From NCBI GenBank assembly GCA_002633005.1, contig NMRA01000332.1, positions 313,392 to 377,391 of the forward strand: a DNA stretch of 64,000 nt, given 5' to 3'. Source of the stretch: Phoronis australis. Taxonomy: Eukaryota; Animalia; Phoronida. A program made the translations under genes and the position numbers. The notes under the pieces are model-generated. The model saw only the letters and a list, made by a program, of their open reading frames with translations. It was not told where the DNA came from and searched no databases. This document shows positions 38,534-50,600 of this stretch, one piece after another. How positions within the stretch are numbered: the first letter of the stretch is position 1; each line of letters starts with the position of its first letter.

Positions 38534-41500
38534 CAGCACACATCACGAAATATTGTCCACCCGGTCGGAAATTGGTCGACGACTAGCCGTCGACCGGTCG
38601 GCAAATTAGCCGACCGGCAGCCGCCTGCAGTGCCGACTTATAAGGCGACCCCACAGCCGACCCTTCAGCCGTCTCTTTAGCCGACTGGCCATCAGCCGAC
38701 CAGCTGGTCGGCTGCTATTTTTAGGCTAGAGTAGCAGTTGCGTAATAAGGTTGTCAGGCTCATACCACTTTGCGTGTCGATGCATATTCGTCTTAGCACA
38801 GGGTCAAATAAATTAACCTAGTTTTGCTGTCTCGGTTACATGGGTTCACGTCGGTTGTGTAACACCACTACTTCGAAGGTTGAAGGCAAGCGGCATTAGT
38901 AAACATTGTATTACGGACAATGCAACAAGTTTTGGATGAAAAACGTGAAAGTTTTCTTTACATTTGATCTTTAATTTGACTCGTGACGTTAACGAATTGT
39001 ATTACATCGGTTGCTTCCCGGTCAATACAACGCTGTATAGCCATTTTGTAAACGCGGATGTTTTTCGCAGTCTTCGCCCACAATTGATTTTGTTTGTGTA
39101 ACGCCAAACTGCATCGTTTTTGCGTGTTTTAAGTTATTCACCGGTCTCCTATCACGCGCCCATGATGAAGGATTAGAGAGTGAGTTGTTACACCGCGAAG
39201 AGTTCTCACTCCGGGGATTTTATTTTCATATTATTGACCCTTGCAGTACAGACGCTAAATTCACGGTCCGGTATGCCCTACACCCACGGACTTCGATGGC
39301 TCTAACTTTGAAATCATACTATGGTTACGATTTCCATGAATTAAGACGGTGACATCAAACACGGAATGGCCACTGTTGAGGCTACAGCCAATTATTGTAG
39401 CTTTGCGCATTCTGTTTTCATGTATCGGTGACGTTAAAATTTGGGCTAGTTACATGTACACATAGGCCCCTATAAGTTGGTCGTTCACGTTGTTCCAAAA
39501 ATAAATATTTTCTGTCAACAACATATTGACAAATTATGTAAAATAAAACAATTGTGAACGGGAAGATGTGAATACGTGGTGAAGAGGTATTTGTCTCTAA
39601 GCGGCATCTGTGTGTGCATCTTTGGTAAAGTGATTGCAATGGCAAAAAATGATGAGAAGCAAAGCGTCTGGTGATATTTATAGCGTATGATCTGGCAACC
39701 TCAGGTAGTAAGTGACGCTGAATGAGAAGTGGCAACTACATGTTTGGCTTGTAACGCCACCCCTCCCCGAGTTTTGCCAATTCTAATCAGTCACCACTCG
39801 AGATTTGGTTCCCTTTCAGTCCTAAAATCACAAAATAATTCTTCTGCGCTCAGCTGTAAGAAACAATGCAGTTTTTTGAAATGGTGCTCAGTCATAAAAA
39901 AGTTTCCAGCATGAGAACGCTTTATCAGAAATGCCAAGCACACGCAGCGTTGTAAGACAGAGACGTTGGCGTTTCCGTATGTCCACAAAAGTGCTTTGAG
40001 CAGTGTTTACAAATTTGTTCATTTCGCTTTTCTACACTGACGACTATGGTCAACACGGTGTTTTAAAAAAGTACACTTTTGAGGGCATTTTCAAAAATAA
40101 ATGTTTGGTTGATGAATTCACCGAGTCGGTGCCCACGGGCAGAAAACGTATCTGCGTAAAGAAAGAGTTGCGTTTTAAAAACATTCAGAGCATGAGCTCA
40201 AGGACTGCCTGAAAAAGAAAATAAAACCGAATACCAAACAGAAACTTGTCCGTTGATCATATAGCTCTTGGAAAACTGTTACCCAAAGAAATGGGCAAAA
40301 TACGAACGTCATTTACGGAAGGTTATACCAGAAGTGATTCGTTGCAGTGGAGCCGCCACGGGATATTAAAAACGCTGTGATGTGCAATAGTTAGCTGAAT
40401 GGAAAGCTGAAGCGGAAAAATTCAGAACACACATTTTCTATTCAGGAATTGAAATCTTTGTAGAATCAAAAACAATTGACAACCAGGATTTATTGCGTCA
40501 GAAAACTTATCACGCCAGGAGAGAATTCTTTTCATGCCCGGAGACAACGTGGTCACCCATTATGCAATGATGGCAATCCAGTGTGTACCTATACATTGGC
40601 ATCTATTGTAAAACGTGGATTAGACGAAAGAAATTCAACCGCATTTGCAAGATAATATGTCTTGTCCGCAAGAGGTTGAACAGTTAGCCCTTGTTTAGAC
40701 GTATAGTACGAACATTATCACTTTGAAGGATCAATGCTTGGGGATGGTGACGGGGTGTTCTGGCGTGTAAAGTTACTGACGTGATAAGTTTTTGAACGTG
40801 GCTTATTAAATTTTCAGTTCGGTTGCATTTTATTTTGATCCTGAAGTGAAGAATTTTTGGTCCTCACTTGATAAATTATAGGTGCTGATGTGATAAATTT
40901 CAGTCTTGACGTGGTGAATTTTAGTCTTAAAGTGTTTTTTTTTTGGTCTTCTGTGTGAAAACAATCTCAGTGTATTGGATTGTTTTAATTCCTGCTTAAG
41001 TAAAATTTCTGGTTTTTAGATATTTATTTTTGGTCCTGAAGAGTTAACGTGATTTTCTTGGTTTTAATCATGTATAGAAAATATATATTGTTAAATGTTG
41101 CAAATTAGGCCTCCCATAAATGTGGGAGAGCAAGTTGTGCAGCAGCGTTCTGTGTAACTTCTTATATAAGTCTAGGTGTTCATGATTTAGTAATACTATG
41201 AAAAATGAGTAGTTATGACTATGAAGAATGAGTAGTTGTGGATTCTTTTGAAATATATGCCTGGTATATGCCTGGTGTAGATGGCTCAGTGTGATATTAT
41301 GTAAGCCTTATAATCCTCTATGGCTTAACAACTATATATCTTCATTCATGCCTGTAACAGAGGTACTCCCAGGATCATCAAGCATGTGTATGTTTTTATT
41401 CTAATGAGGTGTGCTTCTGAGTAATCATACTTTCGCAGTGGTTCATTTCAAACGGATTCATTAAATCCAGTAAATATCTTTGCAACTGCTGATCTGCATA

Positions 41501-43639
41501 TTAGACACGCATATTGCATCATACCTCATCAGAGTAAAACTTGTTATCAATCATAGTAGAAACATTTAGTTTTATCATTGCCACAAGACGTAAACAAACG
41601 CAGTCAGTGTCTGTAACTGTTGTGTCTACATTGCTGATGAATTAAAGTCGGTCTAATTCCATTTTTATATCACTGATTCATGCCAAAGGTTTCAAATTGC
41701 GCCCCCTTAAGAGTTTTGACTTGCCCTGGTGATCACTAGAATCCGATGCAATAAACTTATAGAAGTTGTTTTTTAACCAGGGTAATAGAGCTGAAAATTT
41801 TGTGCGTTTTCGTTTGCGAGAGTGTTCTTTTTGAATCACTGGGTTAATAATTTTTACGCTCTACATGAAAACACAGACAATTTTTGTAGGATTACCTGTA
41901 CCAGGTTACCCCGAAAATATTATTTTCAAAGTTTTACCCCCTGGAGTATACGCGAAACGCCAAGTATTGTGTTCTTACGCCAAAGGGCTCGGAAGGCTCT
42001 AGTCTTGGTGCGAAGGTGTTTACTAAATTAAATATACAAATTTGCGCCGTTGTGGGTAAAAACTGACCGAATAAAATCTTCCTAGAGTAATCTAAATTAT
42101 TTACCAGCGTTGCAAAATTTGGTTTTCTACAATTATTCTGCTGCTAAAATTAGGGTATGACCTTTTGCGTCGACTTTTGACGCAATGAAATATTGCGTCA
42201 CCTATTAGTCAGTTTCTTTTTCCCAGATTCTTCAATCAAACATTCTCCCTCGAGGTTACGTAAACGTCACGACAAATGATCAGAATTGGTTTCACTTCAT
42301 TATATGTTTTTTGGAATTTTGATATCAGTCAACCAAATTTTAGAACAAATTTTGCTGAGATGTTGTCACCATCTAATGGGAGATGTCGAAAACATTTTGA
42401 AAGTGGCGCGTGTCACGAATGAACTCTTTTCAAAACGACGACATACGTTTTTTCGTTACAAAAGGCAGAGAATTACGCAAGAAGATGACGTCGGATATTT
42501 TTCGTTGAAACGACCGTAACGGGCAATTTGAATGCCAATTGGCTTCCAGAGTTTGCATGCAAACTCGCCGGTCTTGTGCTCATGTTGATACAAGCTTTTC
42601 GACGAGGTGACAAGCGTACATGTACATGTAACTAACTGGGCTGTGTGAAGTTTCGAGGTCTGTTTGAGCTCAATACGCAGTGGCACCTTGCTGTATTTTG
42701 AAAATAGTCTTTACAGCTAGCTGGCTAGATAGGAAGGCTCTAGCTTCGAAATTTTTTTACTGCAAAAGTGACAACAATTTCAGAATGATGATGGATGCTG
42801 GATTACACTATAAACCGATCACAGTCTTCCGTTTTCATGCGCCCATGATTTAATATCGGCGCTATGTTCAAACCATTGTTTATATTGTTCCTAAAATAAA
42901 CTTGGGTTCTGTTGCTGTACCAACATATTAAGAAATTATACAGAAATAAACAATAATTATCTGTGGTAAAGCGCAATATACAGCGTGATGAAGTGATGAT
43001 CAAGAGCAATAACGGATGAGCGCAAATGCGTGCTGCTTGTTGAGCAATCCGAGGCATGAAAACATTTGAGGTCGTAAAATATCCAGTGTTGTATTCTGAT
43101 TTTTATGCAATTTTGCTGTAAATTTCAAATTTTGTGCTTGTTTTTATGCATAATGTACTGTATAAAGTCTCATATCTAAAGTTAGAAATTATTTTTCCGC
43201 TATATCGCTTAACGTTTGATTTTACCATGCCGTCATTAATTCAACATAAGGTTTTCAGCTTTTGTAATGTCACGCACTTCGTATTTGTAGGTTGATTCGA
43301 TTTTACCCCCATTCAATAGTTGAACAAAATTTGATAAACCCATGTCAAGACCGGAGTTGCCACTGGTAAACGAACAGCGAACAGTTAAATGTTTGTTTGT
43401 CCAAAGTTCACCCGCTAAGTCATAAAATGGTAATTGCCAACCAAGGACACGCTTAATCCGAATTGGTCGTCTACGCGAGGCGACCAATTAGCCGACCCAA
43501 GTGCCGACCTCAGAGGCGACTAAGCAGACGGCTCCTAGCCGACTGTTGTTGGTTGGCTGCTGGTCGGCTAGACGACCGGTCGACGGCCGGTCGTCGACCA
43601 ATTTCCGACCGGTCGGCCAAAAATTCGTGATGTGTGCTG
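38534..43639. mobile_element. 5.1-kb TIR DNA transposon with 2-bp TA duplication (superfamily uncertain, EnSpm/CACTA-like subterminal repeats)
   Basis: TIR cagcacacatcacgaa...ttcgtgatgtgtgctg; dense subterminal ccgacc/ggtcgg repeats at both ends; interrupts the HINE consensus exactly at TA. Interior has only broken reading frames. Confidence 0.75.
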
Positions 43640-43711
43640 TAGATGCCTATGTGCCAAGTTTCATGAAAATCTGTTGAGGACCTTTGGATGCAGAGGTAAA
43701 CGTAAAAAACT

Positions 43712-45049
43712 ACAAGAGCAACGCAGAGCGTTGAAATGCATCCACGAATGCATCGCAAATGGTGTGCTTTTAGGGTTGTTTATTTGTGTAATTAAAATGG
43801 CCACTAGATGGCACAAAATACATCGAATCCGTCTGAAATCCAAAAAAAACGTCATTGTTTCTTTAAAAGAAAGCCATTTACAGACTTTAATTACAATTCG
43901 CCGAGGAACTTCAGAGAAACAGCGGAAAACAAAAAAAACGAAATTGCCACTAGGGGGCACAGTGTTTCTCGGATCAGTCTAAAAGTCGTCATCTTCTCTT
44001 TTTAACTTCATATAAATACACGTGCTAAATTTAATAAAGATCCTGCAGAGGGCTTAGGAGATACAGACAGGGGTGTAAAAAAACAAAACCGCCACTAGGA
44101 GGCGCCACAGTAGTCGAAGTCATCAGAAAATCATCGGCAACCGTCCCTTCATAGAAAGTTCATACATGCCAACTTTCGCAATCATCCTTAGAGTGGTTTG
44201 GTTGACACAGGGACGAATGCCACAAAACAGACTCAAAAACAACAAAAATGGAAACTAGGTGGCGTAAAAAACCTCGAATCAATCCGAAGATGAATGGCTA
44301 GCGTCAACTCACTAATGGATGCCTATGTGCCAAATTTTATGGAAATCTGTTGAGTACCTTTGAAGATACAGCGATAAACGTAAAAACCTAAACTTGCCAC
44401 TAGGGGGCACACCTGTAGACCCATCTGTCCGAAAGTCGTCGTCGTCCGTTATCAACTTTATATAAATACATTGCGTAAATTTAATAAAGATCCTGTAGAG
44501 CGTTTAGGAGATACAGCCGGCATGGGCACAGTTAACAAACAAAACTGCCACTTAAGGAGGCGCAACAGTAGTCAAAGTCATCAGAAAATCGTCAACCGTA
44601 TTCTTTATGGTAAGACCATACATGCCAATTTTCACAATCTTCCTTAGAGTGGTTTGGTTGTAAGAGGGGCGGACGCCAAAAAAATGACTCGAAAATAATA
44701 AAAATGGCCACTAGATGGCATAAAATCCATCGAAGCAATCCCAAAACGGGAAGATAACGTCAACTCATTAACAGATGCCTACATACCAAATTTCATGAAA
44801 ATTGGTTGAAGACCTTTGAAGACACAGAGGCAAACGTAAAAAACTAAAATTGCCACAAAGGGGCACAGCGGTATTTGGGTCGGTCCGAAACTCGTCGCCC
44901 TATGTCGTAGACCCCATAGGAACACACCTGCCAAATTTCAATACGATCCTGCAAGGGGTTTAGGAGATACATCCGTGGACGCCAGACATCCTGACGCCCA
45001 CACAGAGATGACAGCAATATGCGACCACATACAAATATGTGGGCGAATA
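43712..45049 (+). mobile_element. HINE-like element, copy E, nested in copy D (8 subunits)
   Basis: Complete start (acaagagcaacgcagagcgttg) and end hairpin, inserted within the host motif cgtaaaaaacta|aaattgc. Confidence 0.75.
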
Positions 45050-45391
45050 AAAATTGCAACTAGGGGCCACACCAGTAATCAGGTCTGTCTGAAATTCGTC
45101 GTCAGCCGTCGTCAGCTTAATAGGAGCCCATCTGCCAAATCTCATCAAGATACAGCAGCAGACACTGGACCCCAGGACAGACAGAGGTGACAGTAATAGG
45201 CACCCACATACAAATATTTGGTCGCATAAAAAGCTCACTCCTTTTGCTACTACTCTTACCACTGAATATGTCAGCTAAGGGTCACTAAGTGCATCACACA
45301 GTGGCAAACTTGGGAAAAATTCTACCATTTTTACGTACAAGTCAGTGGGTCCTGAAAAGGACACGCATGACTAAAAACTTGACTAACCTAC

Positions 45392-46198
45392 CTGATGAGC
45401 CTGGTTGGTGGTCGTACCCTCCAGAAGTTCGTGGTAAATACTGATGTATGAATCCCATGTACCTGATGACAATAAGAGTAGGACACCAAAACTGACACAC
45501 TTTAAGGTCACTGTTCGCTTCGTTGGAGAAGACGGGGGCAAGATGGCACCATTCTCGGAGCTTGCGTTCTTCCGCCAAGGTAACAACTCGATGAACCTCT
45601 TGGGCAGGTTACGTCGTAGGTAAAACAGTACAGCAAAGCAGAGAGCGGCGGCTGAAATGAAGTCGGCGACCGCATCCACGTAATAGCCAAATGAGAACCG
45701 TTGGGAGTTAAAGTTGTGCTTCTGTTTCGTATGCGCTCTGTACACCACGCCATCCAAGGCATCGAGCCACGTGCGGAGCTCATACAATGCCGCACCAATT
45801 CGTCTCAGAGCGAGGCTATCCATGTTCACCAATTTTGCCGACAGTAGCGAAATGCCAATATGAATGACACTAATAACATCAGCTGTCATAAACCGTACAT
45901 TCGTACTGAAATGTGTGATCTCATCAAAGCTTTCTGCTGATGGCACATAGATATAGTTGTTAGCTGGATCACTCATAACTAACTTAATGGTAATGTCCGA
46001 GAATGCTGTGTAATGGTGCTCTTCCTTCTTCACAATACTGTCACCCAACCTTCTTGCCTGGATATGAAAATACAGCGAGACGTCCATGCAGAAGAAGTAA
46101 ACAGCAATACAGAGCAGACATAAGTAGATGAACCTATTGCACCAATTACCACCAATTCTACTGTCCAAGATCTTTACTGGAACCATGACTGTCTCCAT
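45392..46198 (-). CDS. Cpes: Ceramide phosphoethanolamine synthase-like CDP-alcohol phosphotransferase, coding exon 1 (269 codons)
   Basis: ATG in good Kozak context (cgccATGG) at 46198, with in-frame stops upstream. CDP-alcohol phosphotransferase motif LDALDGVVYR-x16-GYYVDAVAD and several hydrophobic helices. Ends at a phase-0 donor CAG|gtaggt at 45392/45391. Confidence 0.9.
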
Positions 46199-46340
46199 GG
46201 CGATTTTGAAAGTAGCCTTCTTTGATATACTGCTGCTTAGCTCCTCAACTATAAGTAGGGAAATGAATCTCCTACAAAGGTAATTCAGCAGTGTCACGCA
46301 GCCGTTCTTCGTCTGTTAATAGTCGTCTAATTATCGCATC
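46199..46340 (-). other. 5' leader part of the first Cpes coding exon, starting at a splice acceptor
   Basis: Strong acceptor gtcctttactttccag| at 46341, so further exon(s) lie upstream. Contains ATG CGA TAA in the Cpes frame and DAIIRRLLTDEERLRDTAELPL* in phase 0. Confidence 0.65.
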
Positions 46341-46953
46341 CTGGAAAGTAAAGGACAATCAACTGATATGCAAAGGAAAGACATGAAACAATTTCATTCA
46401 TGAAAGTTGTAGATAATGACATAATCACATCCAAACGTTCGTAATAACCATGTAAACCTTTCCACTTCATTGGTAGTGGAGTCATGGCTCCGTTTCTGGT
46501 GTGATTTTTCTATTTTTTCTATGAACAGATCATCGAAAGAGTATCGCAGCTGTCTTACTGTTCTCGAGTTATTCGAGATTTTCAAAGGACTGGTGTCCCA
46601 AATAACTAAATTTTTTTCCCACAGATGTGTCTGAAATTTTGCATGTGGATACATCTTTTCAAGCGCTATCAGCATTGTGAAACCAGTTTCTTGGAACGTC
46701 TTACCGTGCTAGCGATATTCGAGATTTACTGCGCAGGTGACTGCTCTTTTGATGTTATTTATAGCTGCACAAGTTTCTTTGCCTATATTTGTGTTAGAGA
46801 ATGCATTTTTGTCTAATCAACATGAAATTTATGCAGTGCTTACTTATTCAATAGCCCAAGGACTTTTGTGCTTGGGCGAAATCGGGAGTCAAGATGGTAC
46901 TGTGATGGCCATTTTTAATTATGTTTGCGGAACTCTGGCTCTGTGATCCTTTA

Positions 46954-47618
46954 GGACCAGTCATACAGCCGATTACACATGAATCACTCATACAACACGC
47001 ACAAATTCAATTTGTGCGAGTTTTGATCGTCGAGAAATTGACCAAATTTTCCGGGTGTAGAGGTTAGAAATCACTGACAAATAACTGGCGAATCACCTAT
47101 GGCCCACGCACATATCACTTACAATCACTGATGAATCACTGACATATCGCGCATATCGATGCATACAAGTGATATGTCAGCTAATTATCACTTTTGTAAG
47201 TGATTGTCAGTGGATGTGAGTGGAATGAACGTCATATATGCGTATTTCATGCGTGATATGAAGGTGGGGCGTCAGTGGACGGACGTGGACGTGCGTGATT
47301 TCGAACCAGTTCTGACGCATAAGCACTGATGGCAAACGCGTGTCCAGCGCATGAATCACGCATACTCGATGCATAAACTACGCACATCAACTCACGAATT
47401 ACGCACACCGACGTAGAGTTGTGCGTTGGAAAATTTTTAAACCGTTCAAAACTCGAAATCGCGCACAAAACCCCCTCGACGTACATCCACTTACATTCAC
47501 TGATGCTCCACGTTGGTTCCACCGACCAATTACGCATACGACACAAGCTTCACGCAAAAGCGAAAATCTGTGCATGATTCATGAGTGATTCATGCGTAAT
47601 CGACTGTATGACTGGGCC
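46954..47618. mobile_element. PIF/Harbinger-like MITE
   Basis: TIR ggaccagtcatacagccgattac...gtaatcgactgtatgactgggcc in a T/A-rich target. Confidence 0.65.
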
Positions 47619-50600
47619 TTTTGACCGAACCTTTTCAAATTTCATATGTAAATAGATCTCATCAAGGGCTAATACTAAATGCTTTTGTCATCCACCTCAC
47701 CTTTAAATTTTTATTTGATTTCACCAAGTGTCACTCTTCAGAGCGCTTTCATTTAAATGGTGTTTTCTGTGCAGTTTTGTCTATTCTTACAACTTCATTT
47801 CATTTGATAGTTGAAGCATTACACCTTAAAGTCCACCATTGTGCAATGGATAAGTCAAGTTCTGCTAGGATATTTCTACAAGTACTGGAGTAACAAAGAG
47901 TGTTCATATGCACGACTGTGCTCATTTGTGAATGGCAAAGAATGCAGTGGTGTTTTGGAGAGTTGAAGTGAGTGTGAAAAGTTAACTTTGGTCCTGGATT
48001 GAAGTTCACAGCGCCAGTTAACTTTCGCACTAAATAGGTGGATTTAATAGTAGAGCGTCGGCACTGCGGTGCGGTATGAACGGTCAACTTCGGTCTAATT
48101 GAAGTTATCACCAGGGACCAGTTGTCATCAACAATTAAAGGGCAGTAGTGTTGTCGCTAATAGTTGCTTCATATTTTGCTCGAATAATAACCAATCGAAT
48201 TAGTAATGTTTTATGTCAGTTAGCACACATAAATGTTAACTTCTCAAACTGTCACATTAAAAAAATGTTAGCCTGTACAAGATGCACCAGTGCCACCTTG
48301 TGATCACACTGTGACGACGACGGCATCACCTACCATTTACTTCGATGCTGTTACCCAAGCTGGTATGAATGACTCAATTAACTTCACAGTTTACGTCCAT
48401 GCTCCACTCATAAAGGAGTGGTTATAAACCATGCTTTCTATCAAAAAAAGGTTTATTTAGGCCACTTACTATAAATTGGGAAATTGTTCCCTAGTGTGAT
48501 TTCTGGGGTTGGAAAGATTTGAGAGTTCTTTATTTCTACAGACTAAGCTCATAAAATTTCAGATGGCGGCATGACCAGAAATTTTAGGAATTTGGTCCGA
48601 AGAAATCACAAACTGTCATTTCTTGCTGAGCCCACAAATCACTTCTAAACAAATTCTACAGCTGCAATACATTGCAGAATGGTAGACATTGAGGCAGACG
48701 CAAATACGGAATGTCACTACGGGGGGTGGGATGGGTGCAGGACGCTTCGGCTGAAAGTCAACATCAATCGAGCAGTTTCCCGAACCAAAAATTTGATAAT
48801 GAACTCCGCCTCGATCATTAAAACCAACATACTGACCCCTGTAAATGTCAATAATTGTTGTTAGGTTTTGGCACCTCCTTGAGAATGATGGATAAAAAGT
48901 GAAAACCCTTTCCTATAGTGAGCAAAAATGAACACGTTGGTAAATTTCTAGCCCAAAAACTGAACCACTCGTACAGAAAATAATTGAAATAAACCCTTTC
49001 ATGGGGAACCTGTGTGCGAAAAAGTGACTCATTCGAGCAGAATCGCCCCTGTAATAACAAAAAAAACACAAAGTTACCAACTTTGTTCAATATCTTTAAA
49101 ACTTTTGTCTTTTTGGTGGCTAGAAGACAGTTTTCGATAAGAAATAATAATGTTGTTGACACGTCAGCTCACCATATCCTAAGTACGCCAGTGATGCGAG
49201 TTCAACTTAATACAGGGCTGTTCTTATCACAGTTGGCTGAATTGGAATATAAAGTATGCCAACATTGAATCATACTGTCACTTTTCAAAGTAACAACTGT
49301 TCAGGTACCCAGTCCTTTCCATTTGGAAGTTATACACAGGTATTGTCCATGCACTGAAGTCTCACATGGTCACAGACAAGACTCTCTTGTACAGGTATGA
49401 TGTTTAAATACAAACTTTATTAGTACTCTTGAACAAAATCAATTTTAAACTGAACTGTCAACACCTGCTGTTACCAACCAACACCTGTCCTTTTAAGGTC
49501 CTAAAGGTGCTAAAAACATTTCTTCTTCCAAAAATAATATCTTTTAATTTTGCCAACTCAGTTGGTAAAAGTGGTCTCAATTTCTTCCTTGATCAGATAT
49601 TAGAAGCCAAAATGAGCTGGCATCCAGCAATATGGGTCCAGTTTGGGAGAATCGCTGAAATTTAGGAAAACGAAATTCATCTTTCTTGATTGGGCAATTT
49701 TAGCATTCATCATATTTGTCAAATGCTGGACATTGCGTTTTGTAGTGCTCATCAGAGCCTTAATATAGAAGTGGTTGTTACCAAAATCATCTCTGTTTTC
49801 TGACATCCCCATTAAGCGTGTGAAATTTAAGTGATTCTTGACTTTGGGAGGACCACTATTTCCAATTTCTAAAATTTGGTACAAGTTCCAACTTTGAGCA
49901 AAATAAATTAATGTTCACTTTCCCAAACTGGAGATTTGGAGATTTTTAACAAAGTTTCAGCCCTTCCCCAGTCCAGAAACCATGTTTCTAATGTGAGAAT
50001 ATGGAGTTCTTAGAAAGTGGAATTCAATGCTGTTCAACCACAGTAGCCATTTTGTTGGTTCCTCTTTATAAACTCAAATGTCAATCTGAAAATCCCACAA
50101 TTACGTTTATTTTGAAGAAGCTGCATTTCACCCCCATTTAGCTCTGGCAAGGCCAACACACGGAAATCTAATTAGGCTTTTCATTCTCACGAAATCGATT
50201 CTATAATATTGGTCTAAGGCCACAGTTTGAGCCTTTGTGGCTGCCCCCCACAAAAAAATTAAAATGTAGTGGGTCAGGTTGGATGGCAATTTTGTGGACT
50301 AAATGAGAAGTAATTTGCCATGAAAGGTATTCAGTAGTGCCTTGAAGTTGTTTTGAATAAATGAAGTTCCGAAGTTTGGCCCCTCTCTTATCAACTTAGA
50401 TACAGAAGTCCCGCCATTTTCAGAGCACATCCTTAGTTGGTGGGAAATTTTGGCACGAATACAAAAATCTGGTTGGTAATGACATATTCTAACCTAAATT
50501 TCTGGTGGAATCTAGAATGCACAAGCATTTGAAATGTTGTCTCCTCTCTAGTTGTACTGCACTAGTTGTGAATTTGTGACTATATGTAGAAAAAGGCCAA

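Larger units (their letters stand above)
37971..45227 (+). mobile_element. HINE-like element, copy D, split by two nested insertions
   Basis: Family start at 37971; the consensus resumes at 43642 and again at about 45050; terminal hairpin ends near 45227. Confidence 0.7.

Noticed and set aside
46199-46297. ORF-track N-terminal extension of Cpes from GTG at 46297, and C-terminal VG*
   Set aside because: Non-ATG start in a spliced eukaryotic gene; the first ATG with Kozak context is 46198, and VG* is read-through into the intron.
47791-48535. Additional candidate upstream exons near 47791-47886 and 48470-48535
   Set aside because: Weak splice context or stops before/at the junction, and overlap with dispersed repeats.
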